A stretch of DNA of 32,000 nt from Phycisphaera mikurensis NBRC 102666 (GCF_000284115.1 NC_017081.1:49158-81157); one strand, 5' to 3'. Shown: positions 1 to 8,396, counted from the first letter of the stretch. Program-made: numbers and translations. Notes: a model not told the origin generated them from the sequence alone.

Positions 1-123
1 ACCGGCCCGGCCGCAAGCACGAGCTGGAGCCGGCGGTGTGACGCCGCACCCCTGCCGCGCACGCGGCTGCCTGAGTGCGTCTCAACGCGCTCGTTGATCT
101 TGAACCCACATGAAAGGAACCTG

Positions 124-354
124 ATGAAGCTTTTTCTCACCACCGCCCTGACGCTCGGCCTCTTCGCCCTCACCGGCTGCGGCGAGACCCCCGCCACCGC
201 CCCGGACCCGCTCGCGGGCGAGGCGCCGGCCATCGACCTCCACGCGGAGGGCGACGGGCACGGCCACGGCAGCGATGAACACGACCACGAGGGCGACGCT
301 CACGGCCACGGCGAGGAGGCTGCGGGCGACGACCACTCCGACCACGAGCACTGA
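124..354 (+). CDS. Secreted His/Asp/Glu-rich lipoprotein, putative periplasmic metal-binding protein
   Basis: ATG at 124 follows GAAAGGAA. The N-terminus MKLFLTTALTLGLFALTGC is a signal peptide plus lipobox (LTGC). The mature part is low-complexity HGHGSDEHDHEGDAHGHGEE...HSDHEH. The track start at 94 is TTG, so ATG 124 is preferred. Confidence 0.6.
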   Translation: MKLFLTTALTLGLFALTGCGETPATAPDPLAGEAPAIDLHAEGDGHGHGSDEHDHEGDAHGHGEEAAGDDHSDHEH

Positions 355-478
355 TCCGTGCCGCGCGTCCCGCCGCCCACGCGCCGCCCCGGGTGGGCGT
401 CCGCGGCGGTCACCACCGGATTCGACCGCCGGGAGCGCCCGGCGGGTCCGGCTTCCACGCCTCGAACGAGACCCCACG

Positions 479-1177
479 ATGCCTGACGACCCAACCGATG
501 CCCCCGACCCCGATCGGCAGAAGCTGCTGCGCCGCGGACGCTGGACCGAGGTGGCGAGCCTCGTCTACAACCTCACCGAGGTCGTGGTCTCCGTGACCGC
601 TGGCCTGCTCGCCGGCAGCTCCGCGCTCATCAGCTGGGGCCTGGACAGCGCCGTCGAGTCGGTCTCGGCGGGCACACTGATTTGGCGGCTCACCGGCGAG
701 ATCGATGGGATCGGCCCGCGCCGGGTCGCCCACCGCAAGAAGGTGGCCCTCACCGTGCTGGCGGTCGCCTTCGCGGTCGCGGTCGCGTTCATCCTCTACG
801 AGGCCGCCTCGAAGCTGATCTCGCAGGAGCCGCCGGGCTTCTCGGGCTGGGGCATCGGCATCCTCGTGCTCTCGCTGGTCGTCAACCCCTTCCTGGCGTG
901 GGGCAAGCACCACTACGGGAAGAAGCTCGACGCCAAGGCGCTCCGCTACGACGCCATCGACACGCTGATCTGCCAGTACCAGACGATCGTCGCGTTGACG
1001 GGCCTGGGCCTCTCGCTGGGGCTGGGCTGGTGGTGGGCCGACCCGGTGGCCGCGCTGCTCATCGTCCCCTACGTCGCGTGGGAGGGCTTCGAGGCCGCCC
1101 GTGACGCCCTGAAGGTTGACCCCGAGCAGGAGGCCAACGACCACCCGAACCCGCAGGAAAGCAACCAAGGCTCATGA
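479..1177 (+). CDS. Cation-diffusion-facilitator-like membrane transporter (transmembrane domain only, no C-terminal cytoplasmic domain)
   Basis: ATG at 479 inside track ORF 275..1177. About 6 hydrophobic segments. CDF-like helix motifs SSALISWGLDSAVESVSAG and LRYDAIDTLICQ have Asp/Glu where CDFs carry His/Asp. The stop overlaps the ATPase start (ATGA at 1174-1177). Confidence 0.5.
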   Translation: MPDDPTDAPDPDRQKLLRRGRWTEVASLVYNLTEVVVSVTAGLLAGSSALISWGLDSAVESVSAGTLIWRLTGEIDGIGPRRVAHRKKVALTVLAVAFAVAVAFILYEAASKLISQEPPGFSGWGIGILVLSLVVNPFLAWGKHHYGKKLDAKALRYDAIDTLICQYQTIVALTGLGLSLGLGWWWADPVAALLIVPYVAWEGFEAARDALKVDPEQEANDHPNPQESNQGS

Positions 1178-3198
1178 AGAATCCACCCCCCGATGCAGAC
1201 CCTCACGCCGACCGCGATCACGGCGAAGGCGGGGGCGAGGACGGGCACGACCACAGCCACGGCACCTTCCTCGGCTTCAACCTGGAGCTGGTCTTCGCCG
1301 TGGCGTGCGGGCTGTGCGTCCTGGTGGGCTGGCTGCTCGGGGCGCTGACGCCGGTGCCCGAGGCGGTCCCGGTGACGCTCTTCGTCCTCGGGTACTTCTT
1401 CGGCGGCTTCTTCACGGTCGCCGAGGCGTTCACGAAGATCCGCCAGGGCCAGTTCGAGATCGACTTCCTGATGCTCGTCGCCGCGGCGGGGGCCGCGGCC
1501 CTCGGGGAGTTCTTCGAGGGGGCGCTGCTGCTGTTCCTCTTCAGCATCGGCCACGCGCTGGAGAACTACGCGATGGGCCGGGCCCGCCGGGCGATCGAGG
1601 CCCTCGCGGACCTGGCCCCCGCCACCGCCCGCGTCCGGCGGGGGGCCGAGACGGTGGAGGTGCCGGTCGAGGAACTCGAAGTCGGCGACACCGTGGTCGT
1701 CCGGCCCGACGAGCGGGTGCCCGCCGACGGCTTCGTCACCGCCGGCGAGAGCGCCATCGACCAGGCGCCGATCACCGGCGAGAGCGTGCCGGTGGACAAG
1801 CGGCCGGTGGCGGACCCCGACGCCGTGGACGACCCCGAGGCGCTGGACAAGGAGCACCGCGTCTTCGCGGGGACCATCAACGGCAGCGGGGCGCTGGACG
1901 TGCGGGTGACCAAGCGGGCGTCGGAGAACACGCTGGCCCGCGTGGTCGAGCTGGTGGCGAGCGCCGAGGGCGGCAAGTCCGCCACGCAGCGCTTCACCGA
2001 CCGCTTCCAGCGGGTCTTCGTGCCCGCGGTGCTGCTCTTCGTGCTGCTGCTGCTCTTCGCCCCGCTGGTGCTCGATGAACCTTTCTCCGAGAGCTTCTAC
2101 CGGGCCATGGCGGTGCTGGTCGCGGCCAGCCCGTGCGCGCTGGCGATCGCCACGCCCAGCGCCGTGCTCAGCGGCGTCGCCCGGGCCGGCCGCGGCGGCG
2201 TGCTCGTCAAGGGCGGGGCTCCGCTGGAGGACCTGGGCTCGCTCACCGCCATCGCATTCGACAAGACCGGCACGCTCACCAAGGGCGAGCCCCGGCTCAC
2301 CGACGTGCGGGCCGCGGAGGGCGTCGAGGAAACCGAGCTGCTCCGCGTCGCCGCGGCGGTGGAGGCGCTCAGCGAGCACCCGCTGGCGCGGGCGGTCGTG
2401 CGGGACGCCGGTGAGCGGCTGGGCGACGCCGAGGTTCCCGAAGCAAGCGACCTGCAGAGCATCACCGGACGCGGCGTCCGGGCCCGGGTGGAGGGCGAGG
2501 ACGTGTTCATCGGCAAGGACGACCTCTTCGACGAGGTGCCCGGCGAGCCGCTGCCGTCGTCGATCCGCGGCGTGGTCGAGGGCCTCGAAGCCAACGGCCG
2601 CACCACGATGATCGTCCGCCGGGGCGACCGCTGGCTCGGCGTGATCGGCCTCATGGACACGCCCCGCGAGGATGCCAAGGCCGTCATCGCGAAGCTCCAC
2701 GAGATGGGCATCCGCCGGGCGGTGATGATCTCCGGCGACAACCAGAAGGTGGCGGAGGCGGTGGGGCGGGCGGTCGGGCTTGACGACGCCGTCGGCGACC
2801 TCATGCCCGAGGACAAGGTCGCCACCATCGAGCGGCTGCTCGAGGAGGAAGGCAAGGTCGCGATGGTCGGCGACGGCGTGAACGACGCCCCCGCGCTGGC
2901 GACGGCGACGGTGGGCATCGCCATGGGCGCCGCCGGCTCGGACGTGGCGCTCGAAACCGCCGACGTCGCGCTCATGGCCGATGACCTCACGCACCTGCCC
3001 TTCGCGGTCGGCCTCTCGCGGCAGAGCCGCTCCATCATCCGCCAGAACCTGTGGATGAGCCTGGGCATGGTCGCCTTCCTCGTGCCCGCGACCGTCTTCG
3101 GCCTGGGCATCGGCCCGGCCGTCGCGCTGCACGAGGGCTCCACCCTGGTGGTGGTCGGCAACGCGCTCCGCCTGCTCACGTACCGGAGAGAGCGGTGA
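1174..3198 (+). CDS. Heavy-metal translocating P1B-type ATPase, P1B-4-like (SPC / HEGST signature; Co/Zn/Fe-type)
   Basis: 674 aa. Motifs: ITGESVPV (actuator TGE), ASPCALAIATP (SPC in TM4), DKTGTLT (phosphorylation site), GDGVNDAPAL (hinge), HEGSTLVVVGNALRLL (TM6). The N-terminus is His-rich: DADPHADRDHGEGGGEDGHDHSHG. Confidence 0.93.
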   Translation: MKNPPPDADPHADRDHGEGGGEDGHDHSHGTFLGFNLELVFAVACGLCVLVGWLLGALTPVPEAVPVTLFVLGYFFGGFFTVAEAFTKIRQGQFEIDFLMLVAAAGAAALGEFFEGALLLFLFSIGHALENYAMGRARRAIEALADLAPATARVRRGAETVEVPVEELEVGDTVVVRPDERVPADGFVTAGESAIDQAPITGESVPVDKRPVADPDAVDDPEALDKEHRVFAGTINGSGALDVRVTKRASENTLARVVELVASAEGGKSATQRFTDRFQRVFVPAVLLFVLLLLFAPLVLDEPFSESFYRAMAVLVAASPCALAIATPSAVLSGVARAGRGGVLVKGGAPLEDLGSLTAIAFDKTGTLTKGEPRLTDVRAAEGVEETELLRVAAAVEALSEHPLARAVVRDAGERLGDAEVPEASDLQSITGRGVRARVEGEDVFIGKDDLFDEVPGEPLPSSIRGVVEGLEANGRTTMIVRRGDRWLGVIGLMDTPREDAKAVIAKLHEMGIRRAVMISGDNQKVAEAVGRAVGLDDAVGDLMPEDKVATIERLLEEEGKVAMVGDGVNDAPALATATVGIAMGAAGSDVALETADVALMADDLTHLPFAVGLSRQSRSIIRQNLWMSLGMVAFLVPATVFGLGIGPAVALHEGSTLVVVGNALRLLTYRRER

Positions 3199-4256
3199 TT
3201 ACAGGAGGCCGGCGGGTGCTTTGTCTGTTGGCCCTCCTGCTGCCGGCCGCGGGTGCGGCCGGTGCAGATCCAGCGCTCGGGTCCGGTGGCGAGGACGGCT
3301 CGACCCGCTACCGATTCCAAGTGCTCTTCGACAACGACGGCGCCTTCGTCAAGCCCAATGAGTTGGAGGACCGGCACTACACCAACGGGGCGGCCCTGGC
3401 CCTGTCGGTGCAGAACGACGGCATCGAGCGCTTCGTGCGTGGCCTGGGCCTCCCGGTCGATGGCGCAGCCGCGGGCTTCATCTTCGCGCAGGAGATGTAC
3501 GCGCCCGAGGACCTCTGGCGGGTTCGACCGGATCCCGACGACCAGCCCTACGCCGGCTACCTCTACGGCAGGCTGTTCCTTCAGCGGGAGCGGGACGGCT
3601 GGCTCGATCACCTCCAGCTGGACCTGGGGGTGGTCGGCCCGTCCTCGCTCGCCGAGCAGACGCAGGGCTTCGTCCACCGGAACATCTCCGGCGACGAGCC
3701 CTTCGGCTGGGACAGCCAGCTCGGCGACGAGCTGGCCGCGAACCTGACGCTGCGGCGGAGCGTGCGGCTCGACGTGCTGGGGGCGTCGGGCCGCGGCTCG
3801 GTCGGCAGCGACCGCGCGGGCCTCGGCGTGGAGCTGATCCCCTACGGCGAGGTGCGGGTCGGCACGGTCCACCGCGACGCCACGCTCGGAGGGCTGGTCC
3901 GGATCGGTTGGAACCTGCCCGACGACTTCGGTCCCGCTCACGTGCGAGACCCCGGCTCGTTCACAGGGCGACCGCCGCGGCGCGGGTGGAGCGTCTACGG
4001 CTACGCCGGCGCGGCCGCCCGGTACGTGCAGTGGAACACCTTCCTCGACGGCAACTACGCGCGGGACCCGAGCCCCTCGGTCACGCCCGAGCCCCTCGTG
4101 GGCATCTTCCGCGGCGGCTTCGCGGTCGCCCACACCGGCGAACGCCTCCGGCTCGAACTCACCTATGGCCAGCAATTCTTCACGCACGAGTTAAAGGGGC
4201 AGGAGGACGCTGACGGCATCGGCCGCCTCGGCTTGAGCCTCGGCTGGGGGTTCTGA
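3195..4256 (+). CDS. LpxR-family (lipid A 3'-O-deacylase-like / DUF2219) outer-membrane beta-barrel protein
   Basis: GTG at 3195 overlaps the ATPase stop (GTGA). Signal-like N-terminus RRVLCLLALLLPAAGAAGA. FDNDGAF...DRHYTNG and GVVGPSSLAEQTQGFVHRNISGDEPFGWDSQLGDE parallel my recollection of Salmonella LpxR (ANDDAGIF, DRGDYTAG, GVIGPDAGGQEVQNRAHRIIG...WQDQ). C-terminal aromatic residue (..LSLGWGF). Confidence 0.6.
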   Translation: MITGGRRVLCLLALLLPAAGAAGADPALGSGGEDGSTRYRFQVLFDNDGAFVKPNELEDRHYTNGAALALSVQNDGIERFVRGLGLPVDGAAAGFIFAQEMYAPEDLWRVRPDPDDQPYAGYLYGRLFLQRERDGWLDHLQLDLGVVGPSSLAEQTQGFVHRNISGDEPFGWDSQLGDELAANLTLRRSVRLDVLGASGRGSVGSDRAGLGVELIPYGEVRVGTVHRDATLGGLVRIGWNLPDDFGPAHVRDPGSFTGRPPRRGWSVYGYAGAAARYVQWNTFLDGNYARDPSPSVTPEPLVGIFRGGFAVAHTGERLRLELTYGQQFFTHELKGQEDADGIGRLGLSLGWGF

Positions 4257-4286
4257 AGCCGACGAGGCACACCGAGGAGGAGGATC

Positions 4287-4778
4287 TCACGAGCCGCGGT
4301 GGGGCCGCTTCCGCTCCCGGTCCCACTCCCGCTGCAGCCCTTCCCGCCACGCCCGCGCTTCCTTCAGCGCTGCCTCCGGCTCAGTACGCCGGACCACGCC
4401 CTTGCCCCGACTCGCGAACCAGCGCCGTGGAGTGGCTCGATGTTCCCGCTGGTTGTGCTCCAGGACCGCGAGCACCGCATCGGCGATCTTCTCCCGCCCG
4501 GCCCGTCCAAAGCAGAGCGGCGCCGTTTCGCCCGGCGGCGGGAAGTGCGGGTCCGACGCCGGCCGCAGGATCACGAGGTCCGTCCCGTGTGTCCGCGCAA
4601 CCACGATGAACGGCACCTCCTCGGGCAACCCCGCGAGGTCGTTCCGATCGTGCTCCAGGTCGCCGCGGTAGTGCTCCACCCACGGATCGCACAGGCGGTG
4701 CAGCTGCTCCGCCACGGTCGGGTTCCCGGCGGGGCGGGGGGAAGGGGAGAGGGAAATGGCAGGAGAATCAACGGGCAT
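4287..4778 (-). CDS. Hypothetical protein (163 aa), no recognisable domain
   Basis: ATG at 4778 (a GTG lies one codon upstream at 4781) with GAGG about 10 nt upstream. Mixed, non-repetitive composition (PFIVVARTHGTDLVILRP, AVLAVLEHNQREH), unlike the Arg/Pro-rich shadow ORFs around it. I recognise no family. Confidence 0.4.
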   Translation of the reverse strand: MPVDSPAISLSPSPRPAGNPTVAEQLHRLCDPWVEHYRGDLEHDRNDLAGLPEEVPFIVVARTHGTDLVILRPASDPHFPPPGETAPLCFGRAGREKIADAVLAVLEHNQREHRATPRRWFASRGKGVVRRTEPEAALKEARAWREGLQREWDRERKRPHRGS

Positions 4779-5149
4779 CACAAAGACCTCAAGAGGCGCG
4801 GATGAAGGTCAGGGGCCGACACTGTTTTTCGGCCCTCCCTTCGCAAGAAGCAGGAAGGGCTGAAAAACCAACAACACCCGCCCGCCGGCGGGGCGGCGCA
4901 GGCAGAGGGCGGGAACGGCATGCCGGAGGCGCAGCGGGGCCTCTGGCATCTGATCGCCCGGCCTCGGGCTGCTCTGCCGCCCGAGGCTCGGCGACCCCGA
5001 AGGGGCGGGTCAGATGACGAGCCCCCCGCGCAGCGACGGCGGGACGTTCCGGTCCGCAGCCGCAGCCGACGCGTCGGCGGGCGGAGCCAGCCGGCCCCCG
5101 GGGCCGGCGTTCCTTTCCCTCTTCGTCTCAAGTCCCGAAAGGGTCGTTC

Positions 5150-6118
5150 ATGAGAGGGCCGATCGAGGAAGTTGGACCGGACCCTCAATCAATGGCGAAG
5201 CAGAAGACCTCCAGCGGCGTCGGGCAGGCCGAGCTGGAGGTCGTGAAGCGGGCGACGCTCACGGCCTTGGTCACCGACGATGGCCTCACCGACCGCCTCG
5301 TCCTCAAGGGCGGCAGCGCTCTCGAGATGATCTACGGAGTGTCCGACCGGTCCTCGATCGACCTCGACTTCTCCATGAGCAACACCTTCGCCGCGGAGGA
5401 ACTCGGTCCTCTGCGAGACCGCATCGAGTCGCTTCTCTCGCGGAGCCTCGGCGAGATCGGTCTGCACGCCCTGGACGTGAAGCTGCAGCCGCGGCCGAAG
5501 AAGCTCACCGCCGACATCGCCGACTTCTGGGGCGGGCACGAGCTCTCCTTCAAGGTCATCTCCAAGCGGGTGGCCGAGTCCCACGCGGACCTCGACCAGC
5601 GACGGAACCGCGCCATCCAGGTCGGTGCCGGCGGCCGCGCCAGCTTCTCCGTCGACATCAGCTCCTTCGAGCACGTGGAGTCCAGGACCGAGCAGGAAGT
5701 CGATGGCTACACAGTGTTCGTCTACTCCCCCGCGATGATCGTGGCCGAGAAGCTGCGGGCGCTCTGCCAGCAGATGGTTGAATACGCCCCCGTGGTGAAG
5801 CGGGCCGGGCGGCCCGGGGCCCCGCGGGCCCGCGACTTCCTCGACATCTTCAGCGTCGTCGAGCAGTGCCGCGTCGACACGACGACGCCGGAGCACCTCG
5901 ACCTCGTGCAGCACACCTTCGCCGCCAAGAAGGTGCCCCTGCACCTCCTGCAGAAAATCCGTGCAACCGAGGACTTTCATCGGATCAGCTGGCCGAGCGT
6001 CCAAGACACGGTCCTCCCCAGCCACGACCTGCAGCCGTTCGAGACCTACTTCGCCTTCGTCGTGGAGCTGGCCCGCCAGCTGACAGCTGCGCTACCGGGC
6101 AGCGAGGATGGGGGCTGA
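5150..6118 (+). CDS. AbiEii/AbiGii-family nucleotidyltransferase toxin (DUF1814, type IV TA / abortive infection)
   Basis: LVLKGGSALEMIYGVSDRSSIDLDF matches the family signature KGG[ST]AL...R.S.D[IL]DF (NTase G[GS] and DxD motifs). Length about 310-320 aa. Alternative ATG at 5192 (MAKQKT). Confidence 0.8.
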   Translation: MRGPIEEVGPDPQSMAKQKTSSGVGQAELEVVKRATLTALVTDDGLTDRLVLKGGSALEMIYGVSDRSSIDLDFSMSNTFAAEELGPLRDRIESLLSRSLGEIGLHALDVKLQPRPKKLTADIADFWGGHELSFKVISKRVAESHADLDQRRNRAIQVGAGGRASFSVDISSFEHVESRTEQEVDGYTVFVYSPAMIVAEKLRALCQQMVEYAPVVKRAGRPGAPRARDFLDIFSVVEQCRVDTTTPEHLDLVQHTFAAKKVPLHLLQKIRATEDFHRISWPSVQDTVLPSHDLQPFETYFAFVVELARQLTAALPGSEDGG

Positions 6119-6126
6119 CGCTCGAT

Positions 6127-7020
6127 TCAGAATCCAGCGGGAACGTGGAGCTTCCAGCGGGGGACGTACTCGGTCTTGCCCATCCGGTACCCGAGGTAAA
6201 AGTCGAACTCGAAGTCGAACTTTGACCTGAATCGTTCGATCAGCTCGGGCTTGAAGGCACCGCTCCGCTCCAGATAGAAGCCGATCGACTGGTGGTACGG
6301 GTAGCGGTAGCCGATCTTCTTGAGCAACGCCGCGAGGCGGTTGATGGAGACGCCGGGCTCAAGAGCCCCGGCAAGCTCGTACGCCTTGAGCACCTCCCCA
6401 ACGCCGCCGCAGTAGTCCGCCCGCACCGTTGCGTCGATCAAGGCCCGCTCGGCCCCCGCCACCGGCAGCTCGACCGCCCGTCCCTCGAGATCGAAAGACC
6501 GCGTCTCGACACCGGCGTTGCCGGTGTTCATCCCGTTGAGGATCACGATCGTGTTGCCCCCGTGTTCCACCCGATTGGTGGTGGTTCGCTGCTTCCCCGC
6601 GAACGCCCGGTCGATGGCCAGCTGCTCCATCTCGCCGCTCGGCGGTGGCTTTGGCGTCTGCTCGTCGTTCAGGTAGATCGTTTTGGGGTTCTGCTCGGTG
6701 AGCCCGTGCAGCACGAGGGCCGTGTAGTGACAGAAGTAACCCCGCGTCTTCAGGGTGGCCAGCACCGCCAGCAGCGGAACATCGCCCCACACGTACCGCG
6801 TCTCGGGGCGGAAGGGGAAGGCGAACTTGAGGATCCGCAGCTCACCATGCTGGCAGAGGTCCTTCACGAACTCCGACCGGCTCGTTCTGTGGGCGAGCTT
6901 CCAGCCCTCCCGCTGTTCATCGAAGACCTGAGAAAGCTCCTTCAGCCGGAAGACCTTCGTCCCCGACTCATCGAAGAAGCCCTTGATGCGGGGACGTGCG
7001 AGTTGAAGACGAGTGGCCAT
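6127..7020 (-). CDS. AbiEi-like antitoxin / transcriptional regulator (wHTH N-terminus plus AbiEi C-terminal-like domain)
   Basis: ATG at 7020 (MATRLQLARP). GYFCHYTALVLHGLTEQNPKTIYL fits the AbiEi pattern SAL..HGLT.Q.P. ERALIDATVRADYCGGVGEVLKAY...IGFYLERSG fits the C-terminal pattern ER.L.D....p...GG....qrlGylLE. The stop lies 8 bp from the AbiEii stop (convergent). Confidence 0.6.
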   Translation of the reverse strand: MATRLQLARPRIKGFFDESGTKVFRLKELSQVFDEQREGWKLAHRTSRSEFVKDLCQHGELRILKFAFPFRPETRYVWGDVPLLAVLATLKTRGYFCHYTALVLHGLTEQNPKTIYLNDEQTPKPPPSGEMEQLAIDRAFAGKQRTTTNRVEHGGNTIVILNGMNTGNAGVETRSFDLEGRAVELPVAGAERALIDATVRADYCGGVGEVLKAYELAGALEPGVSINRLAALLKKIGYRYPYHQSIGFYLERSGAFKPELIERFRSKFDFEFDFYLGYRMGKTEYVPRWKLHVPAGF

Positions 7021-7036
7021 AAACAACACCGGATCA

Positions 7037-7070
7037 TGTGGTCGTGTCGTATATATACTGCACGACCACA
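7037..7070 (-). promoter_or_regulatory. Perfect 10-bp inverted repeat flanking a TATATATA core; candidate operator/promoter of the AbiEi-like gene
   Basis: TGTGGTCGTG (7037-7046), a 14-nt spacer tcgtatatatactg, then CACGACCACA (7061-7070). It sits 17-50 nt upstream of ATG 7020. AbiEi proteins are known autorepressors that bind promoter inverted repeats. Confidence 0.4.
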
Positions 7071-7263
7071 AGCTCTGGCACTTCACCTGCTGGATGGCTC
7101 TGAAATGGGTTAGAGAGACCTCCCGCTGGCTGATCTTTATCGCGTGCGGATGTAGTCTATACACTGCAACGCCGCATCTCCCTATGCCGCGGAAGCGAGC
7201 CGAGCATGCCCCCGTGAACCAACATTGCTCCAGCGGGTGCCAGAGGATGCGGCTTGCACAGCT

Positions 7264-8217
7264 TTACATCCATTCTGAATCAGTGGCGGGTGGGTGCGCG
7301 GATGACTCTCGGGCTTCGGGCTCCGGTGCGGGAGCAGGCGACTTGACAGCCTCGGGTGCCGGTGAACCCAGGAGATGGTCTACCGCCTCCAGTTCGGTGG
7401 CCTGGTTGGTCATCGTGGCAACCCCGGCCTCCACCACAAACCGGATGATCTCCACGTAGATGTAGTCCCGGAGCACGCCGGGGAAGCTCCGTGGGATTAG
7501 AAATCGACCTATCCGCGTGGCGGCCTCAACGGTAGCGTTCCAAGCGGTTCCTTCAGGCGGCCCCTTGCCCTCCCGCTCCATGTCCTCGTCCAAAGCTGCA
7601 ACCGCTTCAACGGCCGCTTCGACCTCATCGACCGTAGGGTCATCACCTGCGTCGGTCATCGGCATCTGGTCGAGCAAGGCGTTGATCGCTTCAACGCCCG
7701 CCTGATCCGCAAAGGCCCTCTTGAGCAGTGTGTCGACCGTTCCGGCCAGATTGTGGTGATCCAAGCGATCGACGAGTGGACGGGCGGACGCCACGAGTCG
7801 CGTGAGGTCGACAGATTCCTGGGCCCGGGCCATCCTTGAGATCGACTCGTCGATGCGGTCGAGGATGGCATCGGAGCGAAGGATTCCCTCCATCCGACGG
7901 CTCGCCTCCGCGATCCAGGCGGTCTGCTCCATGCCTCTCTGGAGCGTCTCGTCCAGTCGGGTTGCAAGTAGCTCCGTCGTGTTCGAGATCGTAGAGGCGT
8001 CGCGAAGCTGCTGAAACTGCTTCAGGTCGTCAGTCACTCGCGCAGCGAACATCGCGTCGGCGCCCGTGTACCAGCGGGTGGTGGAGGCGATGCGGTCGTG
8101 CAACTCCTTCATCCTCCGGGCGTCGTCGGCCAACCGTGCAATCACAGGACTGGAAGCGAGCTCGACGGCGAAGTGCCTGTCGGCGAACGCCTTATCGGCC
8201 GCCGCGGTTTCATACAT
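7264..8217 (-). CDS. Hypothetical acidic, probably all-alpha protein (318 aa from ATG 8217; up to 365 aa)
   Basis: Long ORF in the lower-GC stretch. Heptad-like, helix-favouring sequence (RLDETLQRGMEQTAWIAEASRRMEGILRSDAILDRIDESISRMARAQE). No Walker, nuclease or TM motif seen. The start is uncertain: ATG 8217, GTG 8253 (AGGA 8 nt upstream) or TTG 8361. Confidence 0.5.
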   Translation of the reverse strand: MYETAAADKAFADRHFAVELASSPVIARLADDARRMKELHDRIASTTRWYTGADAMFAARVTDDLKQFQQLRDASTISNTTELLATRLDETLQRGMEQTAWIAEASRRMEGILRSDAILDRIDESISRMARAQESVDLTRLVASARPLVDRLDHHNLAGTVDTLLKRAFADQAGVEAINALLDQMPMTDAGDDPTVDEVEAAVEAVAALDEDMEREGKGPPEGTAWNATVEAATRIGRFLIPRSFPGVLRDYIYVEIIRFVVEAGVATMTNQATELEAVDHLLGSPAPEAVKSPAPAPEPEARESSAHPPATDSEWM

Positions 8218-8396
8218 CCGCGGGTCGAAGGAGGGGTTGAGGCTGTCGGTCACGCGGATCCTGGAGAGCTTGAATGATGGACGCAGTGACCATATGTCCC
8301 CACACCAACCAGAGAGGGCAACGACTCCCTTGGCTGACCGAGCCGTTACTGGACTGTTCAAACGTCCAGGCCGTTACACGCAGCACACAAACCCTT

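Noticed and set aside
1-40. Possible 3' end of a plus-strand gene ending at TGA near 38-40
   Set aside because: Too short to evaluate, with no frame or product evidence within the window.
3051-3194. Track start (GTG 3051) for the LpxR-like ORF, overlapping the ATPase by 148 nt
   Set aside because: The added 48 aa are Arg/Pro/Gly junk preceding the signal peptide. GTG 3195 gives a proper signal-peptide N-terminus and a GTGA coupled junction.
1069-4187. Very long minus-strand ORFs (1069..3132, 687 aa; 2097..4187, 696 aa) opposite the ATPase and LpxR-like genes
   Set aside because: Arg/Pro/Gly/Ala/His-rich with no motifs. They lie opposite a plus-strand gene with unambiguous P-type ATPase motifs. 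These are typical GC-driven shadow ORFs.
4920-5153. 77-aa plus-strand ORF whose TGA overlaps the AbiEii ATG (ATGA at 5150-5153): possible hidden antitoxin
   Set aside because: The translation (RPRRGGSDDEPPAQRRRDVPVRSRSRRVGGRS...) is Arg/Pro-rich and looks non-protein-like. It covers the GC palindromes, and an ATGA overlap arises easily by chance. Worth a Ribo-seq look, but not supportable from sequence.
7021-7164. N-terminal extension of the AbiEi-like ORF to 7164
   Set aside because: The extension (MYRLHPHAIKISQREVSLTHF...) runs through the AT-rich promoter-like region and the 10-bp inverted repeat. ATG 7020 gives a plausible wHTH N-terminus.
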